From a virus (taxonomy: Duplodnaviria > Caudoviricetes): DNA of 64,000 nt. A program made the position numbers and the translations under genes. Positions 19,250-26,164 of this stretch are shown in pieces (positions within the stretch are counted from its first letter, which is position 1; each line of letters begins with the position of its first letter). The DNA lies in the IMG/VR virus record IMGVR_UViG_2531839534_000003, one strand, 5' to 3'. The notes below the pieces were generated by a model that was not told the DNA's origin, ran no database searches, and saw only the letters and a program-made list of their open reading frames with translations.

Positions 19250-20122
19250 TTGAAAGCTAATGAATATTTTATTGATGTGTCAGCTTATCAACCAGCTGAT
19301 TTAGGCTATACAACACAAGCTTCGGGAACATCAAACACAATTATCAAAGTAACAGAGGGAACTGGCTGGGTATCACCATATAAAGATGCCCAAGCTAGCA
19401 CTTCAAATCCTATTGGGTATTATCACTTCGCACGTTTTGGCGGTAATGTAAATCAAGCAATCGCAGAAGCTACACATTGCCTTAACAATGTTGGAAATAA
19501 AAAAGTTAACTACATTGTATGTGATTATGAAGATAGTGCCAGTGCTAACATGCAAGCTAATACAAATGCTATTATAGCTTTTATGGATACGTGTAAATCT
19601 TATGGCTATCAACCTATTTACTATTCTTATAAGCCTTACACACTAGCTAACGTAGCTTATCAACAAATACTAACTAAATATCCAGATAGTTTATGGATGG
19701 CTGCATATCCAAGCTATAATGTCACCCCAGATCCTGTTTGGTCAATTTTTCCAGCTCTTGACGGGATAAGATGGTGGCAATTCACATCAACTGGCATTAG
19801 TGGTGGACTTGATAAAAATGTAGTTTTAATTGATGATAATGTGCATACAGCACCAAAAACAACAGTAAAAATTGAAGATTATACGGAGGATGAAGATATG
19901 TTTGTATTTACAGCAAATAGTGATTTAGGTTCAGTCAATAACGACTTTAAAAAATTTGGAAAAGGAGCGACATTCCTAATCATTCCATCACGAGCAAAAA
20001 TTCGTTATGTTGGTACATCAGATGAACGCAACTGGTTATTAAAAACTAAGAAAATAGAAGAATTTAAAGGTGGACCAGCGGATATGTTTAGATGCTTAAC
20101 ACTTTTTGATTTAAAATTTTAA
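19250..20122 (+). CDS. GH25 muramidase endolysin with C-terminal cell-wall-binding domain
   Basis: FIDVSAYQ, IGYYHFARF, CDYED and WWQFTSTG GH25 motifs; TTG start after GGAGG. Confidence 0.92.
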   Translation: MKANEYFIDVSAYQPADLGYTTQASGTSNTIIKVTEGTGWVSPYKDAQASTSNPIGYYHFARFGGNVNQAIAEATHCLNNVGNKKVNYIVCDYEDSASANMQANTNAIIAFMDTCKSYGYQPIYYSYKPYTLANVAYQQILTKYPDSLWMAAYPSYNVTPDPVWSIFPALDGIRWWQFTSTGISGGLDKNVVLIDDNVHTAPKTTVKIEDYTEDEDMFVFTANSDLGSVNNDFKKFGKGATFLIIPSRAKIRYVGTSDERNWLLKTKKIEEFKGGPADMFRCLTLFDLKF

Positions 20123-20127
20123 TTAAT

Positions 20128-20157
20128 AAAACCCCGCTTAATTGTGGGGCTTTTTTT
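20128..20157 (+). terminator. Terminator after lysin (copy 1 of duplicated hairpin)
   Basis: CCCCGC-TTAATT-GTGGGG then T7. Confidence 0.85.
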
Positions 20158-20210
20158 AGTATAGGAGGATAAAGAGTGGTTCAGTAAAATTATAAAAAAA
20201 CAAAAAACTC

Positions 20211-20239
20211 TTGACAAAAAGTAAATAATAACATAAGAT
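20211..20239 (+). promoter_or_regulatory. SigA promoter of putative antitoxin sRNA
   Basis: TTGACA-17 nt-TAAGAT with no downstream ORF before a terminator. Confidence 0.75.
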
Positions 20240-20245
20240 AAAGAT

Positions 20246-20397
20246 ACAAATAACGATAAAAAAACTGTTACTATTGTTTATTTCTCCGTTGTTTGTATGA
20301 CTTCCGTCTGTCTTATTTAGACAGAAAAAACTAGATTATTTTATGAAGGATTCAGTATCCTACTTTTAAAAGCGTAATTTGCAGATTACGCTTTTTT
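20246..20397 (+). ncRNA. Putative ~150-nt antitoxin sRNA
   Basis: Promoter plus terminator 20368-20397; contains three segments complementary to the convergent toxin mRNA. Confidence 0.65.
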
Positions 20398-20404
20398 TGT
20401 ATAT

Positions 20405-20435
20405 AAAAAAGGAGTTAGGCTTGCAGACCTAACTC
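20405..20435 (-). terminator. Terminator of toxin mRNA
   Basis: GAGTTAGG/CCTAACTC stem followed on minus strand by T-run. Confidence 0.75.
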
Positions 20436-20458
20436 AAACTAGATTATTTAGCGTTATT

Positions 20459-20542
20459 TCATTTTTTTAAATGAGATAGCACTACGCCTGCTAAAACAGC
20501 AACTATAAACTGTCCTAAAAGCGTAAGAAGGTATTCGACCAT
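20459..20542 (-). CDS. 27-aa hydrophobic peptide MVEYLLTLLGQFIVAVLAGVVLSHLKK, putative type I toxin (not in ORF track)
   Basis: AAAGGAGG RBS, minus-strand TATAAT at 20631-20626, single TM plus basic tail. Confidence 0.75.
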   Translation of the reverse strand: MVEYLLTLLGQFIVAVLAGVVLSHLKK

Positions 20543-20672
20543 TCAGTACCCTCCTTTTTTATTTTTTTGCTATTTAACTAGTTAGCTCTAGAGCATGAAA
20601 TCCATCGGACTTAATGTTAATGTATATTATATATGAATATTAGAAATAAATAAAGTTAATTTAAACTATTAT

Positions 20673-20705
20673 AAAACCCCTCACTTAATTGTGGGGGTAT
20701 TTTTT
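20673..20705. terminator. Hairpin/terminator, copy 2 of the post-lysin hairpin
   Basis: AAAACCCCTCACTTAATTGTGGGGGTATTTTT, near-identical to 20128-20157. Confidence 0.7.
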
Positions 20706-20803
20706 ATTGTCCGTTAAAATAGACTTTTTCAATATTTTCCATTTAAACGGACTTTGAAAAAATAGCAAATCTATTGTATTATAAATAAAGTGAGGAAATA
20801 ACT

Positions 20804-20995
20804 ATGAGAAATAAAAAAATACAGGATTCATGTACAACGATACTAGAAGCAAAGGATCCTATTGCTTTTTGGAATGCAGGCGTTAAACACATTCAGGTGT
20901 CAACAAAAACATTCGACGCATTTCAAGGCAAAAAACAAGCATCAACATTAGATGATGCAACTGTCAATAAATTAATTGATGGCTTACGTAGATAA
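20804..20995 (+). CDS. 63-aa orphan moron protein
   Basis: Own promoter (TTGAAA 20754, TATTAT 20777), GAGGA RBS, terminator 20995-21034. Confidence 0.7.
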   Translation: MRNKKIQDSCTTILEAKDPIAFWNAGVKHIQVSTKTFDAFQGKKQASTLDDATVNKLIDGLRR

Positions 20996-21090
20996 AAAAT
21001 CACCGCTTGGGATAATACCCGAGCGGTCATTTTTATTTGCATTAGGTATATATATGTGCTATCATAAATAAAAAACAGGAGGTCATCAAG

Positions 21091-21291
21091 ATGTCAGAAG
21101 AAAAATTTGAAGCAAAAGCAGATCAATTAAAAGGTAGTGTCAAAGAAGGCGTTGGCAAATTAACTGGCGATAAAGAATTAGAAGCTGAAGGAACAGCTGG
21201 TAAAGTTATTGGAAAAGGTAAAGAGTTAGTTGACGATGCTAAAGAAATCGTAGAAGGTGCTATTGATAGCATAAAGGATAAAATGAAATAA
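21091..21291 (+). CDS. csbD: CsbD-family stress protein
   Basis: [21 protein letters not shown] signature; promoter TTGCAT-17-TGnTATCAT (21037-21065); terminator 21295-21327. Confidence 0.9.
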   Translation: MSEEKFEAKADQLKGSVKEGVGKLTGDKELEAEGTAGKVIGKGKELVDDAKEIVEGAIDSIKDKMK

Positions 21292-21333
21292 AAGAAAATC
21301 GCTCTCTTGATTGAGGGTGGTTTTTTTCTGTTT

Positions 21334-21501
21334 TTAAAGTCTATTTTCTATCAATTGTTTTAATTCTAATAAGTCTTCATGTGTAGCATTATTGTTAATA
21401 AAACTTCGGGCACTAGACCTCTTAGTTAAATAATTACGATGTTCTCTATTTTTAGCATTCCAATTTTTACATGCTTTTTGTGATTGGTCGGTTATAATGG
21501 A
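21334..21501 (-). pseudogene. Apparent 5'-truncated small phage protein (QKACKNWNAKNREHRNYLTKRSSARSFINNNATHEDLLELKQLIE)
   Basis: Resembles a recurrent ~55-aa Firmicute phage family; no in-frame ATG/GTG/TTG or RBS found upstream. Confidence 0.5.
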
Positions 21502-21625
21502 AAATAAAAAGGGTGCAAAAAAGGGGCAGAATGGATTAAAAATGAAACTATTTTGAACTTTCTACTATATGAATAACGTTTAAAAGTAAGTGGTAAGAGT
21601 TTTTAGAATAGAAAAGTACATTAAG

Positions 21626-21652
21626 GAGAACAGAGAAATCTGTTCTCTTTTT
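21626..21652 (+). terminator. Terminator/attenuator just upstream of rep operon
   Basis: GAGAACAGA-GAAA-TCTGTTCTC then T5. Confidence 0.75.
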
Positions 21653-21685
21653 GTTCGCTTAAAAACTTAGAAAGGTAAAGTGAAC

Positions 21686-21808
21686 ATGGAAAATATTGAA
21701 ATTGTATTGGACATCGATACCCTTGAAATTTTTCAAGTAATCAGACATGATTGTACTCCAGTTGATGAAATCGTTAATGAACAATTAACATTGTTTGAAA
21801 CTATTTAA
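21686..21808 (+). CDS. 40-aa acidic peptide ending in QLTLF (not in ORF track)
   Basis: AGAAAGG RBS; MENIEIVLDIDTLEIFQVIRHDCTPVDEIVNEQLTLFETI. Confidence 0.65.
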   Translation: MENIEIVLDIDTLEIFQVIRHDCTPVDEIVNEQLTLFETI

Positions 21809-21826
21809 TTTCATTTCTTTTCAAAA

Positions 21827-22339
21827 ATGGTATTAGCTATGAAGAAAAATAATTTATATGAACAATTGATTAATAGTGAACCAATGGGATTTATTGATCC
21901 TCTAACAGATCTTGGAGAGTTTGATATCTATCAGATGAAATTTAAAGAGCCTGTTAGGCACTTGAAAAACAAATATTCTGACCAACCCTATTCACTGCAT
22001 TGGCAGAATAAAATTGAGGAAATGCGTAGCTTATTTATTGAGTATCAAAAAAGTTTGAGGGAAGAAGTAGAAGAGGAGATCATTATTAGCTCCAGAGCAA
22101 GAAGAGCAGAAAATAAAGAGTATCTCAATGAAATCGTACATACCTATTTGAAGCTTGGCTTTAAATTTCCTGAAATTGAAAAACGTGTATCACTATCTGT
22201 GAAGCGTTTAAGAAATCAGTGGAACAGAAGGGATCATATTTCAAGCCATAAGATAGTTGTATTATTCAAAGATGACTTAAAGAATGGTTACTATGATTCT
22301 AAGGATTATTTACCAAAAAATTCGGGATTGAAGCTATAA
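21827..22339 (+). CDS. Hypothetical protein with possible C-terminal HTH, coupled to rep
   Basis: YLKLGFKFPEIEKRVSLSVKRLRNQW resembles an HTH; stop abuts rep start. Confidence 0.6.
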   Translation: MVLAMKKNNLYEQLINSEPMGFIDPLTDLGEFDIYQMKFKEPVRHLKNKYSDQPYSLHWQNKIEEMRSLFIEYQKSLREEVEEEIIISSRARRAENKEYLNEIVHTYLKLGFKFPEIEKRVSLSVKRLRNQWNRRDHISSHKIVVLFKDDLKNGYYDSKDYLPKNSGLKL

Positions 22340-23845
22340 ATGAAGAAAGAAAATATGAATCTAAATAAAATTTTTAGTCTAGTTATAAAAGATGGACTAC
22401 GAGAATATAAATTTAAAAATAGTCATCTTAAACCTCTTGATTATCAAGAGGAAGGAAATAAAGGTTCTATTTTCGCCTATCGATCAAAAGAAAATATGAT
22501 CAGTGCTAAAGGTGTTGTTATTACTTCAGTTGAAGCACTGAAAGAGAACGACACTCAGTTTACTCACTGGACACCTAATGTTTATCGATACGGGACCTAT
22601 AGTGATGCTCGACGTTTATATACTCGAGGTCATGCTGAGAAAAACCTTCGTCAGATTAATTGTTTCTACGTCGACTTTGATAATCCGCCTGAAGGCGAAA
22701 ACATTAATTCGGGAGACATTTTAACTGCCTCAATTGATTTAGGCTTTATGCCAACGATGATTTTAAGAACAGATAAAGGCTACCAGGCATACTTTGTACT
22801 TGAAACGGCAGTATATGTCTCATCTCACACACAGTTTAAAGCTATTTCAACGGCAAAACTTATTTCAGATAACTTGAGAAAGTATTTTAAAGAACAATTA
22901 TTACCTGTCGATATGGGATGCAACCACTTTGGAATTGCTAGAATTCCGAGAACTGATAATATTGAGTTTTTTGAAGAGTCCTATTGTTATTCATTTTCAG
23001 ACTGGATTGATTGGTCAAGCAGACAAGGTAATTATCCCAATAAAAAAGCTAACCTTTCAATCATTGCAGGTACTCAAGGAAAAAAACAAATTGATGAGCC
23101 CTGGTATAAACTATTGATGAATGAATCAAACATAAAAGGGGCTAAAGCATTGATGGGAAGAAATAGTATTCTTTTCACTTTGGCTTTGGCCAATTATTCA
23201 TCAGGGGTTAGTCAGATAGGCTGTGAGGATGCACTGAGTGATTTTAATAATCATTTAGATGAGCCATTATCAAATCAAGAGTTTCAAAAGATAATCCAAA
23301 GTGCTTATTCAGAAAAATATGAAGCAGCTAGTAGAGAATATATAAAACTATTATGTAAAGCATGGGTAGATAAAAACCTTACTAGCAATGATTTGTTTAT
23401 TAGACAAGGTTGGACTAAATTCAAAAAACCAAGGTCAGTACGACAAAATAGTCACCACCATGAATGGAAAGCTGATATTATGGCCTATCTTGAAGGTTTT
23501 GATCATGATGCTGATCCTTTTCTTCAGACGACAAAAAAGGCTCTTAGAGAGCAATTATCGATCCCTGAGAGATCGCTAGATCGAGTTTTAAAAGCACTTA
23601 AGACAGAACAAAAGATTTTCTTAACGACAAAAAGTGGGAGAAAAGGAGGCATAAGATTAGCTTCCGTAAAAGCAATATTTATCTCAATTATGCAGGTAAG
23701 AAAAAAGCGTCAAGAACAGTTTTTTAGTAATATGGCCACTTTTTTTGAAGAGCCTAAGTCTTATATCTATAAAGTAATAGAAAGGATGAAGAATGAAATT
23801 AAACAAAGGAAACAATTGTCATTATTTGAGAGCGATGTTGGATAA
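22340..23845 (+). CDS. repE: Inc18-family theta replication initiator (pAMbeta1 RepE / pIP501 RepR-like, AEP primase plus PriCT)
   Basis: FTHWTPNVYRYGTY, NLRQIN, DKGYQAYFVL, CNHFGIARIPRTDN and KKQIDEPW match RepE; ends QLSLFESDVG. Confidence 0.92.
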   Translation: MKKENMNLNKIFSLVIKDGLREYKFKNSHLKPLDYQEEGNKGSIFAYRSKENMISAKGVVITSVEALKENDTQFTHWTPNVYRYGTYSDARRLYTRGHAEKNLRQINCFYVDFDNPPEGENINSGDILTASIDLGFMPTMILRTDKGYQAYFVLETAVYVSSHTQFKAISTAKLISDNLRKYFKEQLLPVDMGCNHFGIARIPRTDNIEFFEESYCYSFSDWIDWSSRQGNYPNKKANLSIIAGTQGKKQIDEPWYKLLMNESNIKGAKALMGRNSILFTLALANYSSGVSQIGCEDALSDFNNHLDEPLSNQEFQKIIQSAYSEKYEAASREYIKLLCKAWVDKNLTSNDLFIRQGWTKFKKPRSVRQNSHHHEWKADIMAYLEGFDHDADPFLQTTKKALREQLSIPERSLDRVLKALKTEQKIFLTTKSGRKGGIRLASVKAIFISIMQVRKKRQEQFFSNMATFFEEPKSYIYKVIERMKNEIKQRKQLSLFESDVG

Positions 23846-23890
23846 AATTAAAACCCGTCAACTGCCATTACATTATATCTATGATACTAG
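23846..23890 (+). other. Inc18-type replication origin
   Basis: TGCCATTACATT at 23863-23874 directly after rep stop, matching the conserved pAMbeta1/pIP501 origin core. Confidence 0.8.
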
Positions 23891-23940
23891 ACTAGGTTCT
23901 TAGTATTGTACTACTAAATATTTTAATAACAAAAGGAGTT

Positions 23941-24150
23941 TTGAAAATGAAATATATTATTTTTAGCTTTGAAACAGGAGATTACCTAAGTGATGAAAAT
24001 GGCCATTTAATTGTATTTGAGAGTCAAGGACTAGCCTGTCAATATTTGCAACGCCATTGTCACTTGGTTATGCCAGTTTCTAAAACAAAGAAGTATACAA
24101 ATTATCCACCATACTATGCAGCACCTTATCGTTTTCATCAAGTGAGCTAG
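23941..24150 (+). CDS. Hypothetical protein, 69 aa
   Basis: AAGGAG RBS; operonic. Confidence 0.65.
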   Translation: MKMKYIIFSFETGDYLSDENGHLIVFESQGLACQYLQRHCHLVMPVSKTKKYTNYPPYYAAPYRFHQVS

Positions 24151-24162
24151 GAGAAGAAGAAT

Positions 24163-24567
24163 ATGGGAAAACAATATTATATTATTAGAGGGTTTTACTT
24201 AACTGGGCTTGGCCAGGAACCTGAGGTTAACTATTTTAAAATTGATTCTGATCATCCTGATTTTGACTTAGTACTAGCAGGAGACGTGTGTTTAACGTTT
24301 TATCAGAATAACTCAGTTATAACAACACTTCCTGCATTAATTAGGATAGATGGTTTGATAAAAAATGATAAGGAAGTCCAGGAGTTTTTGAAAACAGAAA
24401 AAGAAGAGCATATTCCTTTTCTGCCAATTGTTCAAATTTATCCTTCATTTGATCCTTTGATGTTTAGTAGGTTGATGTCGACGTGTAAGTTGATGACTGA
24501 AGAAGTGAAGAAGCAATCAGAAATTCATTTTGTTCAGAGTAGTATTTTTGATTTTATTGAGGAGTGA
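24163..24567 (+). CDS. Hypothetical protein with C-terminal QSSIF
   Basis: AGGAG RBS; 134 aa. Confidence 0.7.
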   Translation: MGKQYYIIRGFYLTGLGQEPEVNYFKIDSDHPDFDLVLAGDVCLTFYQNNSVITTLPALIRIDGLIKNDKEVQEFLKTEKEEHIPFLPIVQIYPSFDPLMFSRLMSTCKLMTEEVKKQSEIHFVQSSIFDFIEE

Positions 24568-24571
24568 AAAA

Positions 24572-25000
24572 ATGAGACGTAAAATATTTGTTTTTGGAAT
24601 AGGAGTCTTGCTGGTTATCCTAGGCTTTGTGAGTTATTTGAAACTGGGCCAAAATTATGATTATCAGCTGACACAAGATGATTATTTGAATGTGCTTATG
24701 TCAAAAAACTACAATATTGTGTGTTACAAGAAAGGCTGCCCATATTGTGAAAGTAGTAAAACATCTATTTTAAAGGCAAAGAAAAAGAGCCCTATTACAA
24801 CATTCTTTGTTGATGTGGACTCAAAATCTGGTAAAAAAATAGTTGAAAAATACAGTATTGAAAAGGCTTTTTCAATCATTGTTGTCAGGGATAATTTTGC
24901 AAAAGTTTACCAGTATGCACATAAGGATGAGAACGGACATATTGGACCAAACCAAGCAAAGATTAAGGAGGCCTTCAATGACTCAAAAAAAGAAGATTAG
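24572..25000 (+). CDS. Membrane-anchored thioredoxin-like protein
   Basis: N-terminal TM, GCPYC motif; GAGGAG favours ATG 24572. Confidence 0.8.
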   Translation: MRRKIFVFGIGVLLVILGFVSYLKLGQNYDYQLTQDDYLNVLMSKNYNIVCYKKGCPYCESSKTSILKAKKKSPITTFFVDVDSKSGKKIVEKYSIEKAFSIIVVRDNFAKVYQYAHKDENGHIGPNQAKIKEAFNDSKKED

Positions 25001-25208
25001 TAGGTGGGCAGAAACAGCTTTTCTATCTGACGATGAATTATGGCGTGCGGAAATAACTGAGGGAATGGTTGTCTTAGGTAAACTTCCTGATGGTACCTAT
25101 ACCTTGCACCGTTTTAACGATGAAGGGGGACATCTAAGTCATATTTCAGAAAATGAAGCTTTATGGTTAACGTTGGAACTCGCTCCAGAGAAGATGGATG
25201 CTCTTTAG
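24978..25208 (+). CDS. Hypothetical acidic protein, 76 aa
   Basis: AAGGAGG at 24965-24971 before ATG 24978, same frame as track ORF 24843. Confidence 0.7.
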   Translation: MTQKKKISRWAETAFLSDDELWRAEITEGMVVLGKLPDGTYTLHRFNDEGGHLSHISENEALWLTLELAPEKMDAL

Positions 25209-25220
25209 GAGGATTTAAAA

Positions 25221-25811
25221 ATGGGAGAAAAACAAATGAGACAACATATGCTGAAATGTTATCCTCAGTATTTTGAAGCGGTAAAAAGTGGTATCAAAAA
25301 TTTTGAATGTCGCTATAACGATAGAGATTTTAAGGTTGGCGATGAATTATTATTGAGAGAATATGATCCAAAACAAGGATATACGGATCGATGCATAGTT
25401 AGAAAAATAACCTATGTTTTATCGGACTTTACCGGTTTAAAAGATGGCTATGTGATTTTAGAGTTGGCTAAGAGAGAGTCAAGTGAAATTGAACGAGAAA
25501 GAGCCTTTGATATCCTTAAAAGAAAAAACAGAGTGTTATCAACAAAAAATACAGAGTTAGAAGTTGATAATCTAGCTAAAGAATTTGAAATAAGGCTGTT
25601 AAAAACTGCTTTTGGAACTATTATAAAAGGTATTGCAAGTAAAGAAGTAGCAGTAAATTTGTTTGATTTATCTATGCAAAAGTTTAAGTTTAGATTGTCT
25701 GAGGTGTCAGTAGATAAAGCAAGCTCAGATAAAGTATACATAAAACAAATCAAGCAAGACTTTGAGCAGATTGAAAGTGAATTAGAAAGAAGAATTAGAA
25801 CGGAGCAATAA
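25221..25811 (+). CDS. DUF3850/ASCH-domain protein with extra C-terminal helical region
   Basis: LKCYPQYFEAVKSGIKNFECRYNDRDFKVGD signature. Confidence 0.8.
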   Translation: MGEKQMRQHMLKCYPQYFEAVKSGIKNFECRYNDRDFKVGDELLLREYDPKQGYTDRCIVRKITYVLSDFTGLKDGYVILELAKRESSEIERERAFDILKRKNRVLSTKNTELEVDNLAKEFEIRLLKTAFGTIIKGIASKEVAVNLFDLSMQKFKFRLSEVSVDKASSDKVYIKQIKQDFEQIESELERRIRTEQ

Positions 25812-26164
25812 TGGGAATAATAGAATTAGATGCAAAATACTTCGCAAACTTCGGTAAAGTCCCCCCTTATAAAGCGACAGAAATAATTGGAAAAGGCTAT
25901 CCAGATGATTTTATCACCCCAGGAGAGGAAAAGAACTTCCTTATTTTGAATCAAGAAAAAGCATGGATTGTCCATGCAGATTCATTAGTATCTGTAGCTG
26001 AAGAGTTAGAAGGATTCTTAGGGATGTCCGTGGATGATTTCATTATGGTTTCTCTTGGAACACCGTATCATAAGAGATTTATATTTAATGATGATTACGA
26101 GATTTGGGAAAGCTACTTTAAAAAATTAAGAGAGGCCTATTATTCGGACCAATCTTTTAAATAG
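25811..26164 (+). CDS. Hypothetical protein, 117 aa
   Basis: Overlapping stop/start with upstream gene. Confidence 0.65.
   Translation: MGIIELDAKYFANFGKVPPYKATEIIGKGYPDDFITPGEEKNFLILNQEKAWIVHADSLVSVAEELEGFLGMSVDDFIMVSLGTPYHKRFIFNDDYEIWESYFKKLREAYYSDQSFK

Larger units (their letters stand above)
1..21500 (+). mobile_element. Siphovirus-type prophage, late region and moron end (left part outside window, right boundary approximate)
   Basis: Canonical order terminase-portal-protease-capsid-neck-tail-TMP-Dit-Tal-holin-lysin, then stand-alone small genes. Confidence 0.95.

Noticed and set aside
20560-20600. Minus-strand CTCTAGAGCTAACTAGTTAAATAGCAAAAAAATAA resembles the Cas9 sgRNA repeat:antirepeat, and loosely a preQ1-I riboswitch
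   Set aside because: Only short 7-8 nt matches, no nexus or 3' hairpins, no spacer or cas genes, no pseudoknot partner; explained as toxin 5' UTR.
20709-20752. Spaced inverted repeat considered as a streptococcal difSL/Xer site
   Set aside because: Sequence and geometry do not match difSL; kept only as an unexplained repeat.
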